40,103 bases of DNA from a virus (lineage: Duplodnaviria > Caudoviricetes): IMG/VR virus record IMGVR_UViG_3300005573_000165, positions 1-40,103 of that record. One strand, given 5' to 3'. The notes under the pieces are model-generated. The model saw only the letters and a program-made list of their open reading frames with translations. It was not told the origin of the DNA and searched no databases. Positions 1 through 8,670 of this stretch are shown one piece after another; position 1 is the stretch's first letter; each line of letters starts with the position of its first letter. The translations under genes were made by a program, and so were the position numbers.

Positions 1-74
1 CCTCTCTTTCCCGGGCCCCCAGCCCGCCGCGGCCCCCTCGCTGCGAGGGAACCGCGGCCGGCCGGCGGCCGGCC
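1..74 (-). repeat. Early-arm intergenic repeat, copy 1 (triple hairpin + Shine-Dalgarno on minus strand)
   Basis: Core gcccgccgcg..cgagggaaccgcggccggcc..ggccggcc shared with 907-979, 1371-1451 and 39992-40064. Confidence 0.9.
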
Positions 75-82
75 TGGCCTTG

Positions 83-901
83 CTACGGGCAGTAATTGGA
101 GACGTACAGTGTGAGCGACCCGTGTTCGACGCGGAGGCAGGAGAGACCTGGCATCTCCGCTCCGGTCCGGAACAGCACCATCGCCTCAGCGCCCCAGCCC
201 TTCACGGCGCGCACGCTCGCCAGTAGCGCGGCCGCGTCATACCAGGGGCCGAATTCGTCGGACAGATCTCCGTCCCCGGCCCAGTAATCGGGCCGGATAA
301 CCTCCGTTTTCTCGCCGAAGCCCTCGATGTGCAGCTCCTGCCCGTCTCGGAGGAACCGCACCGGCACCTGCCTGCGCGGTTCACCCTTGCACACCTGCGC
401 GAGGGCGGCCGTTAGCTCGCGCAGTAGCACGCTTGCTGTCACGACCCGCCCCTCGAGGTCCAAGCGCCTCTCTTCCGCGACGACGTAATCCCACCGGGGG
501 AATACGCCCCGCCCTCGCTGGGCGGACAGCAGGCCGTTCCCGGGACCCTCCATCTCGATGGCGAGCGTGTCGCCCACGCAGAGGCTCACCGGCCGGTTTT
601 CCCTCGCCTGGCGCGGCAAGAATTCGGCGAAGAACCCCGCAACCCAGTCCGGAACGATGTACTCCATTCTCCTGGGCATCTCGCGGGAGAGGGGGACGCG
701 GTAGGTGTGCATGCGCACACCATGCGCATCGACGCCGACCACGTCCAGGCCGTCTCCCTCGAAGCTAAACAAAGCCACCCGCGGAAAGGCGCGGGACAGG
801 TTCCTCCCGTCCCGCACCGCGGCGTTCACCCACGCGAGGGCGCGCCGCAGCTCGACACCCTCTACCTCTACGGTCAATTGGTCCGTCTTCTCATCCTTCA
901 T
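83..901 (-). CDS. DNA polymerase III beta-clamp-like protein (272 aa, probably two domains)
   Basis: ATG at 901 after SD ggaaagggagga; motifs VVGVDAHGVRM (cf. ATDGHRL), GVFPRWDYVV (cf. G.FPDY..VI) and LLRELTAALAQV resemble the clamp; the upstream extension in the ORF track overlaps another gene. Confidence 0.5.
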   Translation of the reverse strand: MKDEKTDQLTVEVEGVELRRALAWVNAAVRDGRNLSRAFPRVALFSFEGDGLDVVGVDAHGVRMHTYRVPLSREMPRRMEYIVPDWVAGFFAEFLPRQARENRPVSLCVGDTLAIEMEGPGNGLLSAQRGRGVFPRWDYVVAEERRLDLEGRVVTASVLLRELTAALAQVCKGEPRRQVPVRFLRDGQELHIEGFGEKTEVIRPDYWAGDGDLSDEFGPWYDAAALLASVRAVKGWGAEAMVLFRTGAEMPGLSCLRVEHGSLTLYVSNYCP

Positions 902-906
902 CTGTT

Positions 907-979
907 CCTCCCTTTCCTGGGCCACTGGCCCGCCGCGATCCCCTTCGGCGAGGGAACCGCGGCCGGCCGGCGGCCGGCC
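907..979 (-). repeat. Early-arm intergenic repeat, copy 2
   Basis: Same core as copy 1, with central hairpin variant atccccttcggcgagggaac. Confidence 0.9.
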
Positions 980-984
980 GCATC

Positions 985-1365
985 CTAGTTGTCGAGGACA
1001 CGCCGCCGGTGCGGCTGGTACCAGTCCACCGACGCGTCCAGCCGGCCGCGGTAGTCGATCACTACCGTGTAGAAGTGGTCGCAGCGGGGGCACCGCAGCC
1101 GCGCCCACCGCCGCGCCCGCTCCACCGGCCTGCCCACGCTGCCGCAGTCGGGGCAGGCCAGCGACCCCAGCCGGCGCAGATCGCGGAGCTGCCACAGCCA
1201 CCGCACCGGCCGCCGGCGGCCGTGGCGCTCCTCGAAAGCCTTCTGCTTCTCGGCGAGATCGCGCATGCGGGCCTTCTCCTCGGGCGTCCGCGGCCGCCAC
1301 TTCGGCGGGCGCACCAGCAGCCGGGATATCATGCGCTTCGTCCGCCACTCAGTGATGCCTTTCAT
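985..1365 (-). CDS. Hypothetical basic protein with Zn-ribbon (CPDC...CPRC)
   Basis: 126-aa ORF between two repeat copies, SD ggagagg upstream, two CxxC pairs. Confidence 0.7.
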   Translation of the reverse strand: MKGITEWRTKRMISRLLVRPPKWRPRTPEEKARMRDLAEKQKAFEERHGRRRPVRWLWQLRDLRRLGSLACPDCGSVGRPVERARRWARLRCPRCDHFYTVVIDYRGRLDASVDWYQPHRRRVLDN

Positions 1366-1370
1366 CCCTT

Positions 1371-1451
1371 CCTCTCCTTTCGGTTTTGCGGGCCACTGGC
1401 CCGCCGCGGCCCCCTCGCTGCGAGGGAACCGCGGCCGGCCGCCGGCCGGCC
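1371..1451 (-). repeat. Early-arm intergenic repeat, copy 3
   Basis: Central hairpin identical to copy 1, flank gggccactgg identical to copy 2. Confidence 0.9.
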
Positions 1452-1461
1452 TCTGTGGCTG

Positions 1462-1722
1462 CTACAGTGATGTACTATCGAGTGATCCGTCCGGGCGCAG
1501 CCACATCACCGAATCGGGCCGCACAACATATCCCAGTAGGGGATCAGGGATGGCGCAGCATCCATCCTGCCGGGATATGATTGGCGCCCGCCCGTCGGCG
1601 CGCAGCAGTTCGGCGAGTGCGAGCGCCTCTCCCAAGTCGCGCGTCCGCCACCGGATTGCGGGCCGCTCATAGGCGCCCTGGAGGCCATCGGTGCCGGCCC
1701 GTACTGTGTAGGTGTCGCTCAT
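1462..1722 (-). CDS. Hypothetical protein, first gene of early leftward operon (86 aa)
   Basis: ATG at 1722 preceded by agggagga; lies just downstream of the 1769-1797 promoter. Confidence 0.65.
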   Translation of the reverse strand: MSDTYTVRAGTDGLQGAYERPAIRWRTRDLGEALALAELLRADGRAPIISRQDGCCAIPDPLLGYVVRPDSVMWLRPDGSLDSTSL

Positions 1723-1768
1723 CTCGATCCTCCCTTTCTCCGGGGTCTCGCCCCGGCCTTCCACTGGC

Positions 1769-1819
1769 AATATACCATAATTCGCAATGCGTGTCAAGGC
1801 CCCTTGCAGAATTTTTTTT
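1769..1819 (-). promoter_or_regulatory. Strong sigma70-type early promoter (leftward) with UP-like A-tract
   Basis: Minus strand: TTGACA (1797-1792), 17-nt spacer ending TGG, TATATT (1774-1769), with an A8 tract upstream. Confidence 0.85.
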
Positions 1820-1854
1820 GTTGCGACAGGGGCCGGGTGATTCACCCGGGCGGA

Positions 1855-2160
1855 AGGGCAGTGGGAGTGGGTGCGGAAGGGCAGTGGCAGTAGTAGTAGT
1901 AGCAGTGGCTGGAGGAGTGGCAGCAGGTGATCGCAGCAGGTGATCGCAGCAGGGGGGCGGTGGGCGGTGGCAGCAGGTGCGGTAGGAAGTAATTAGGTAT
2001 TGGAATACCAATTTTCTCAGCCGGGCGAAAGCCGCCCTAACTTATCCCCCTTCCGAGGTGTGTCGGGGCGCTGGCCGAGGTCGGGGGTCTGATGGGCCCG
2101 CTCCCGGCCGGCAGCTTCCGGGGTGCGATCGCCGGGTAGCAGGTGCGATCGCTGGGGTTC
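1855..2160. repeat. Strand-biased short repeats (gcagtg/gtagta, gcagcaggtg(atc) x4, ggtgcgatcgc x2 at 20-bp spacing)
   Basis: Read directly; non-coding region between the divergent early and virion arms. Confidence 0.7.
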
Positions 2161-2210
2161 GATGCCGGCTGGCCGCCGGCGTCGGGGTCTCGGATCGCCA
2201 TCGGTGGGCG

Positions 2211-2242
2211 TCGATTCGCAGAACATGCATTCTGCGAATCGA
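2211..2242. promoter_or_regulatory. Perfect 13-6-13 inverted repeat (operator or recombinase-site candidate)
   Basis: tcgattcgcagaa-catgca-ttctgcgaatcga. Confidence 0.6.
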
Positions 2243-2529
2243 TCGCCTTCTGGCTGGCGGTCCCGGTTCCCCCTCGCTGAGGTCGGTGATCACTCGGGGC
2301 GCGCCGCATAGTAAGGAAGGGCGGCGCCGGGGCGCCGCGATCGCCGGCCGGGGCGGCGCCCCTGGCGGTCTGCGGCCGCGCGGGGCGCCCCGGCCCATCC
2401 CCCCCGCCCCCGGTCCCCTTTCTAGCATAGGCTTCCGCCATATTTCCCCCTCGCGCGGGCTTTTCGGTTGCTTGCTTGGTGGTGCGCTGCTGCGATTGGT
2501 GGTAACTGTCTAGGGTGCGGAGGCGTGCG

Positions 2530-3075
2530 ATGGAAGAGGACCTGGTGGACGAGCTTGGCCGGGCGCAGACGCAGGAGCCGGCGCTGGATGGGGCGGGGCG
2601 GAGGCTGTGCTGGGCCTGCCAGCGCGGTTCGGTGAAGCGGGTGTGGCGTCTGGTGCGGGAGGATGGGCAGGAGGAGCCGGAGGCGCGTCCGTTCTGGCGC
2701 TGCGAGAGCTGCGGGTGGGAGGTGCCGGCGCGGTCTCGTCTGACGTTTCGGGTGGACCCGGTGGAGCTGCCGGACCTGGAGGATGGGGCGGGGCGGGTTG
2801 CCTTTCTGCGGAGCGTGGTGGAGCGGGCGATGGGGCTGGCGAACCTGCGAGTGGAGAAGGGGGAGGGGCCGAAGAGCCTGCCGTCGGCGCAGGCGAAGGC
2901 GCTGGAGGTGGCCCTGAAGGCGGTGGCGGCGATACGGGACGAGGTGAGCGGGAAGGGGGGCGGCTGGGACCTGGGCGGGCAGTTGAGGAAGCTGTCGGCG
3001 AAGGAGCTGGAGCGGATCGCGAAGGAGGCGGACAATCTCCTCGGTCGCTTTGAGAAGGGTGGCGGTAGCGGCTAG
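2530..3075 (+). CDS. Zn-finger protein, candidate terminase small subunit
   Basis: CWAC...CESC plus helical C-terminus; directly upstream of and overlapping TerL; function inferred from position only. Confidence 0.45.
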   Translation: MEEDLVDELGRAQTQEPALDGAGRRLCWACQRGSVKRVWRLVREDGQEEPEARPFWRCESCGWEVPARSRLTFRVDPVELPDLEDGAGRVAFLRSVVERAMGLANLRVEKGEGPKSLPSAQAKALEVALKAVAAIRDEVSGKGGGWDLGGQLRKLSAKELERIAKEADNLLGRFEKGGGSG

Positions 3076-4513
3076 CCTGGCGCGGTTTGCGCTGGCGGCG
3101 AAGGACCCCTGGCGGGCGACGAGCCTGCGGCCGACCTGCGAGGTGCAGGAGCAGGCGGTGGCGGATGAGACCCGCGAGGTGCTGGTGTGCGGGGGGAAGG
3201 GGAGCGGCAAGACGCTGGCGGGGGCGCTGCGGGTGCTGCGGGTGGCGAGCCGGGACGCGGGGGTGCGGATTCTGACGGTGCGGAAGGCGTACCCGGACCT
3301 GACGGCGACGGTGGGGGAGGCGATCGCGTGGGTGCTGTGGCGGCTGGTGGATCCGGGCTATCCGGAGACGGGGGCGACGTTCCAGAGCCTGCGTCAGCTG
3401 CCGCCGGAGCTGGCGCAGTTCCGCCTGACGCCGTCCCCGCAGCTGCGGCTGGTTCCCTCGGAGGCGACGGTGTACTTCCGGCATCTTCAGGACCCGCAGG
3501 GGCTGGGAGGGGTGAACCGGGGGCTGGTGTGGGCGGACGAGGCGGCGGAGCTGACGGAGGGGGACTTCCGGGAGCTGCGGGCGAGGATCCGCCAGCCGGG
3601 GGTGACGCAGCAGATATTCCTGACGGCGAACCCGCCGCGGGTGATGGGCCACTGGCTGGAGGACGCCTTCGGCCGGCCGTCGGAGAGCCGGAAGCTGTAC
3701 GAGGTGTCGATGCTGACGAACCCGCACCTGTCCCGGGAGTTCATCGAGTCGTTTCTGGAGCTGCCGGAGACGGACCGGCTGAACCTGGTGGAGGGGCGGC
3801 TGGGGTCGGTGTTCGGGGAGGGGAGCGCGGTGTTTCCGGAGTTCCGGCGCAGCCTGCACGCCTCCCAGGAGCCGCTGTCGCCGTGGCCGGGCCGGCCGAT
3901 CGTGAGGGGCTGGGACATCGCGACGCTGGGCAAGCGGCTGGCGTGCGTGGCGATTTCGGTGGGGCCGGGGCCGAAGGTGCGGGTGCTGCGGGAGTGGGTG
4001 GAGCAGGCGCGGGGGATCGCGGAGTTCGGCTGGCAGGTGGTGTCGGACTGCTTCGCCGAGTGGGGGCGGGAGTGGGAGTTCGAGGATGCGATTGACCCGG
4101 CGGCGTTCGCCACCAGCTTCACGGATGAGCGGAGCGCGGTGGACGCCCTGATGGAGGCGGGGGTCGCGCCGGCGGCGGGGACCTCCAGCCGGACGGCGCG
4201 GCGGGAGATGATCGGGGCGCTGCTGACGAAGCTGGTGCACGGGGAGCCGGCGATGCAGTTTGACCCGTCCTGCCGGGCGCTGGTGTCGGGCCTGGCGGGC
4301 GGCTACACCCACGACGACATAAAGGGACCCTATTCGGACCCCATAGACGCCCTGGGGTACGCCCTGTCGCTGGCCATGGCGGCGCTGCCGGGCAAGTGGC
4401 GGCCGCGGGCGCACACCCTGGGGAGCTACACTTTCGGAGCCCCGAGGCGTCACGGCCGCGTGTTCACCCTGGTGGCCGCCGGCAGCTTCGGGCGCACGGG
4501 GAGGAGACGATGA
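3050..4513 (+). CDS. terL: Terminase large subunit
   Basis: Walker A GGKGSGKT, Walker B VWADEAAE, coupling motif TANPP, RNase-H-like GWD and C-terminal DPIDALGY; start uncertain. Confidence 0.92.
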   Translation: MRRVAVAASLARFALAAKDPWRATSLRPTCEVQEQAVADETREVLVCGGKGSGKTLAGALRVLRVASRDAGVRILTVRKAYPDLTATVGEAIAWVLWRLVDPGYPETGATFQSLRQLPPELAQFRLTPSPQLRLVPSEATVYFRHLQDPQGLGGVNRGLVWADEAAELTEGDFRELRARIRQPGVTQQIFLTANPPRVMGHWLEDAFGRPSESRKLYEVSMLTNPHLSREFIESFLELPETDRLNLVEGRLGSVFGEGSAVFPEFRRSLHASQEPLSPWPGRPIVRGWDIATLGKRLACVAISVGPGPKVRVLREWVEQARGIAEFGWQVVSDCFAEWGREWEFEDAIDPAAFATSFTDERSAVDALMEAGVAPAAGTSSRTARREMIGALLTKLVHGEPAMQFDPSCRALVSGLAGGYTHDDIKGPYSDPIDALGYALSLAMAALPGKWRPRAHTLGSYTFGAPRRHGRVFTLVAAGSFGRTGRRR

Positions 4514-6408
4514 CGGCGCGGGATGACGAGGAGGGCCTCGGGCCGGGCGACGACGTGCCGGTGGGCATGACGGACCGGGACATCGTCAACTTCGTGGTCT
4601 CCCGGCAGGCGGACTGCGAGGCCATGGCGAGGCCGCTGTACGAGCAGTGGGACCTCAACTGGGGCCTGTACCACAACGACGTGGAGTTCACGGAGAAGCA
4701 GGATTGGCAGAGCCAGCAGGTCCTGTCGGAGGTCTTCCCCATCACCGAGCGGGCCTGCGGGCTGCTGAAGCGGGCCCTGATGGGGCCGGGCAACTGGTTC
4801 TCGCTGGAGATGGCCGACGAGAGCCTGGAGGCGGCGGTGCAGGACTGGTTCGAGCGCTACCTGGAGCTGGCCGGCTTCGCGCCGGCGTTCCGGGACTGCG
4901 TGAAGAACGCGATCCTGTCCTCGCTCATGGTCATGAAGATGTTCCAGGGCGGCCCGAACCATCCCCTGCGGGTGAGGGTCGTGAGCCCCTATGACTTCTG
5001 GCCGGACCCGACGGGGCTGGACCGGTTCGTGATCGAGCGGATGCTGGTGCGCCGGAGCGACCTGCAAGCGTGGGCCGCCGCCTCGGAGGGCACGGGCCGG
5101 CCGCCCTTGTACCGCAACCTCGAGGAGCTTGACCGGGCGAGTCTGCGCTACAGCGAGTCGGACACCCGCTGGACGCAGCGCACGCAGCTGGCGATGATGG
5201 GGGAGAGCCTGCGGCGGGGCGTGGTCGAGCTCCTGGAGTACTGGGGCGACCTGGAGGACGAGCGGGGCAACGTGGTGGCCCGCAACATCGTCTGCACGGT
5301 GGCGAACCGGGCGGTGCTGGTCCGCCCGCCCCAGGTGAACCCCTTCCGGCACGGCCAGCGCCCGTACGCCTACGCCTCGATCGTGGCGCTGCCGGACACC
5401 CCCTACGGCAAGAGCCTCATCGAGTCGGTGGCCCCGACGGTCCTCACGATGACCGAGATTCTGAACCTCGTGCTGGACAGCTACACGCTGGCGGCCCTGC
5501 CGATTGCGGAGGCGGACACCGGGCCCGGCGGCCTGGATCCCGCCCAGCTGGATGAGGGCCTGCGACCGGGGACGATCCTGGAGCGCCGGGTGGCGGGGCC
5601 GAACCCCGCCCTGCGCCCGGTGAAGGCCGGGGTGGTGGACATGGCGGCCGTGCCTATCCTCCAGTTCCTGGATCGCATCAAGCAGCGCAACACCTCGGTC
5701 ACGGACCCCGTGCAGGGCATCATGGTCTCCAAGCGGGGGACCACGGCGACCGAGGTGGCCACCACCACGCAGTCGGCGCTGGGGCTCTTCGACAACTACG
5801 CCTCGGACATCGAGGCCCAGTTCCTGGAGCCGGCCCTGCGGCTGGCCCTGGCGACGCTGATGGAGGTCCCGGGCCTGCTTCCCGATGCCGAGATGCGCCG
5901 GAGGCTCAAGGACCGCCCGGACCTGTTGCAGGCGCTGGATGAGATGCTGCCGGAGGCGAAGGTGCAGATGCTGCGGTCCGGGGCGGACATCCGGGTGCAC
6001 GGCATAAGCTCGATGGTGCAGAAGCTCCAGACCCTCCAGCGGCTTCAGCAGCTGCTGGCCATGGCGGCGGCGAATCCGGAGATCGCCATGCGGCTGCGGA
6101 TACGGCAGACGCTGGAGCGCTTCCTCGATGCGATGGAGCTGGACTCGTCGGACCTGCTGGAGAGCGAGGAGGAGGTGCAGCTCCGCCAGCGGTACCTCGC
6201 GCAGCTGCAGATGGGGCAGATGGCGCAGGCGAGCGCGGGGCCGGTGGGTCCCGCCGGGCCGGCGGCAGGCGTTGGGCTTCGCAGGACGCCGGGGACGATT
6301 GTGACGGCCCCGCGGATCCCCACGCAGGCGCAGCCGGAGCTGGAGGGCGAGGCGCCGCCGGAGCCGGAGGAGCCCACGGGCGAGGGGTTCACCTCGTGGG
6401 AGTACTGA
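4510..6408 (+). CDS. Portal protein (P22-like)
   Basis: ATG 4510 after gaggag; 632 aa following TerL; motifs VSPYDFWPDP, VELLEYWG, NPF.HG..PY, TATEV typical of podoviral portals. Confidence 0.85.
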   Translation: MTARDDEEGLGPGDDVPVGMTDRDIVNFVVSRQADCEAMARPLYEQWDLNWGLYHNDVEFTEKQDWQSQQVLSEVFPITERACGLLKRALMGPGNWFSLEMADESLEAAVQDWFERYLELAGFAPAFRDCVKNAILSSLMVMKMFQGGPNHPLRVRVVSPYDFWPDPTGLDRFVIERMLVRRSDLQAWAAASEGTGRPPLYRNLEELDRASLRYSESDTRWTQRTQLAMMGESLRRGVVELLEYWGDLEDERGNVVARNIVCTVANRAVLVRPPQVNPFRHGQRPYAYASIVALPDTPYGKSLIESVAPTVLTMTEILNLVLDSYTLAALPIAEADTGPGGLDPAQLDEGLRPGTILERRVAGPNPALRPVKAGVVDMAAVPILQFLDRIKQRNTSVTDPVQGIMVSKRGTTATEVATTTQSALGLFDNYASDIEAQFLEPALRLALATLMEVPGLLPDAEMRRRLKDRPDLLQALDEMLPEAKVQMLRSGADIRVHGISSMVQKLQTLQRLQQLLAMAAANPEIAMRLRIRQTLERFLDAMELDSSDLLESEEEVQLRQRYLAQLQMGQMAQASAGPVGPAGPAAGVGLRRTPGTIVTAPRIPTQAQPELEGEAPPEPEEPTGEGFTSWEY

Positions 6409-6409
6409 G

Positions 6410-6571
6410 ATGCCCGGGTACGTGAGGCAGGTCTCGCGAGGACGCTGGCAGGTCGTGTGGGGCGGCAAGGTGACCGCACGGGGCACCAGCCGCCGGGCCG
6501 CGGAGGCGCAGCTTAGGCTCTTGCGCGCCCGCGAGCATGGCTGGCAAAGGCGGAAGAAGGCCGCAAAGTGA
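6410..6571 (+). CDS. Small basic hypothetical protein (53 aa, MPGYVRQ...AEAQLRLLRAREHGW)
   Basis: Not in the ORF track (too short); fills the gap exactly and overlaps the next gene by GTGA. Confidence 0.6.
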   Translation: MPGYVRQVSRGRWQVVWGGKVTARGTSRRAAEAQLRLLRAREHGWQRRKKAAK

Positions 6572-6837
6572 GTCACGATCCTTGGCGCGCCAGAAATGCC
6601 CCCAGAGACGCCAGGATTGCCGCAGGGCTCGATGCGGCGGCCTGGGCGGACGCTTACTGGTCTAACCTCCGTCAGGAAGTGGTAAAAAAGGTGCTGGTAG
6701 ACCTCCGCGGTGCGGAGACCTACGAGGCGCTGCTCCAGGCGCGCGCCCTGTTGCTGGCGCTCGACGCGATCGATGCGGAGCTAGAGCGTCGCATCAGGGC
6801 TGGCGAGCGGGAGCGGGAGAAGCGAGGAGGCGTATGA
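6568..6837 (+). CDS. Hypothetical head-module protein
   Basis: 89 aa, coupled to neighbours by 4-nt overlaps. Confidence 0.65.
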   Translation: MSHDPWRARNAPRDARIAAGLDAAAWADAYWSNLRQEVVKKVLVDLRGAETYEALLQARALLLALDAIDAELERRIRAGEREREKRGGV

Positions 6838-7661
6838 CACAGGACCCGGAACCGGAGAGCACGGCTCCCGAGGGAGGGGCGGACGCGCTCGAGCAGATGC
6901 GGAAGAAGCTCCAGGAGCTCGAGGAGCAGACCCGAGCCATGGAGCGGCAGTACCGCGAGCTCCAGACGCGTGCCGGACGCTTCGACGCAGGGCCGACCGG
7001 CTATGGGGCCGAACCCGAAGCGACGTGGCAGTGGGGAACGCCGTCGCCTGTGGGCGGGAGCGAGCCCGACCTAGTCGAGCTGTTGCAGACGAATCCGCAA
7101 CAGGCTATTGCCGCGATCGGCAGCAAGCTCCTGCCTCTGCTGACCTCCACGCTCAGCGGCGCCCTCGAAGCGAGACTCCGGAACGAGCGGACGCTGCAGC
7201 AGTTCCTGTCCGAGCCGGACAAGCCGTGGCGTCGCAGCGACCGCTACGCGGCGATGCTCGAGGAGGAGGTGACGCGGCAGCTGGCGACGACGCCGAGCAT
7301 GCCGATTCGCGCCGCCCTCGAGCGGGCCGAGCCTGCGGTGCTCGATCGCATGAGGGCGGAGCTGAGCGCCTTGTCCGGTCTTCTGGAGACCGGGCAGCCT
7401 CAGCAGGGCGTAGGGCCTCCGGTGGCGCAGGAGACCGCGCCACCGGCCACGCGGGGGACGGCGCCCAGGGCCCCGAGGGGGCCGGCGGCGCCGGGGGGCG
7501 CCCCGACGGTTCCGGCAGCCGCGCCCGGGGTGGGCGCAGCGGGGACGCCGAGGGGCGCGAGGGGTCAGACCGGACCCCCACCTCCGCCCAGCGACGAAGC
7601 CCTGGTGGAGGCGTACGTCAAGGAAATGGAGGGCCTGCGCGCTGGCAGCAGCTCCGAATGA
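6834..7661 (+). CDS. Capsid scaffolding protein (putative)
   Basis: Coiled-coil N-terminus, Pro/Ala-rich tail, immediately before the capsid gene. Confidence 0.6.
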   Translation: MTQDPEPESTAPEGGADALEQMRKKLQELEEQTRAMERQYRELQTRAGRFDAGPTGYGAEPEATWQWGTPSPVGGSEPDLVELLQTNPQQAIAAIGSKLLPLLTSTLSGALEARLRNERTLQQFLSEPDKPWRRSDRYAAMLEEEVTRQLATTPSMPIRAALERAEPAVLDRMRAELSALSGLLETGQPQQGVGPPVAQETAPPATRGTAPRAPRGPAAPGGAPTVPAAAPGVGAAGTPRGARGQTGPPPPPSDEALVEAYVKEMEGLRAGSSSE

Positions 7662-7681
7662 ACCGCTAGAGGAGCTGTGCC

Positions 7682-8650
7682 ATGCCAATGCAGGTTTACG
7701 ACGTTTCGGGGCTCGGGGGCTACTTGGCCGTCCCCGAGCTGACGAAGAAGGTTCGCTTTCGCGCGCTGGCCACGTTGAAGTTCGGCCAGTTCGTGCGGCC
7801 CGAGCCTGGAATCGGCCCGAAGCGGTCGGGGACCTTCTACTTTGACAAGGTGGCGTCGGACCTGTCGGTTACGCCCACCTACCTGTCTGACCGTCTGACC
7901 GAGGACCAGCCGATCCCCGAGGACACCATCAGCATCGCCCAGGGGAGCCTGATGGTGTACGAGTACGGCCGCGCCGTCTCGTATTCCGCCAAGCTCACTA
8001 CCCTGGGCCAGATCGCGATCGAGCCGATCGTGGAGCAGGTCCTGAGGAACCGGCTGGCCAAGGTGCTGGACGCCATTCACGCCTACGCCTTCCGGCAGAG
8101 CGGCGTGTACTACATCCCCACCGGCCCGACCTCGGCGACGATCGGCACCAACGGGGTCCCCTCCGCAACGGCGACGTCCAACTGGAACGCGTATCACCAC
8201 CGCAACCTGATTGACTACATGCGCGACACGCTGCGCGTTCCCCCGTACTTCAGCGACACCGACGAGTACGTGTGCGTCTGCACCGGAAAGTTCCTCCGCG
8301 GCCTGTACGATGACCCGGATTTCGAGCACGTTCAGGTCTACGCGGAGCCGCAGAATCGGCTGCGAGGCGAGGTGGGGCGGTACTACTTCACCCGCTTCGT
8401 CTGGACCAACCACGCCGGCGCCCTGAGCAACAGCGTGGGGCAGAACGGCGTCCTGGGCGAGGCGATCGTCTTCGGCGAGGACCCGGTGATTCACGGCGTC
8501 GTCGTCGCCCCGGAGATCCGCGCCAAGCAATCGGAGCGGGACTTCGGCCGCTCCATGGCGCTCGCCTGGTACGGGCTGGTGGGCTCGGGGCCGACCTGGG
8601 TCTACTCGACGGACGGCGAGGCCCGGTCGGTGCTGGTCACCAGCGCGTAA
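7682..8650 (+). CDS. Major capsid protein
   Basis: 322 aa after scaffold; strong SD; motifs KFGQFV, EYGRAV.YS.KL, GEVGRY...RFV, DFGRS..LAWY resemble N4-gp56-like HK97-fold capsids. Confidence 0.85.
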   Translation: MPMQVYDVSGLGGYLAVPELTKKVRFRALATLKFGQFVRPEPGIGPKRSGTFYFDKVASDLSVTPTYLSDRLTEDQPIPEDTISIAQGSLMVYEYGRAVSYSAKLTTLGQIAIEPIVEQVLRNRLAKVLDAIHAYAFRQSGVYYIPTGPTSATIGTNGVPSATATSNWNAYHHRNLIDYMRDTLRVPPYFSDTDEYVCVCTGKFLRGLYDDPDFEHVQVYAEPQNRLRGEVGRYYFTRFVWTNHAGALSNSVGQNGVLGEAIVFGEDPVIHGVVVAPEIRAKQSERDFGRSMALAWYGLVGSGPTWVYSTDGEARSVLVTSA

Positions 8651-8670
8651 CGCGTGAGGAGGGAGAAGAC

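Noticed and set aside
1-1451. Integron attC cassette array
   Set aside because: No consistent RYYYAAC...GTTRRRY ends, and the recombinase lacks the IntI-specific insertion; wobble pattern favours an RNA structure
2122-2344. GCGATCGC as cyanobacterial HIP1 host signature
   Set aside because: Easily produced by high GC and Ala-Ile codons elsewhere; enrichment not computed
1845-2520. ORFs within the control region
   Set aside because: Low-complexity translations, no convincing SD; region dominated by repeats and dyads
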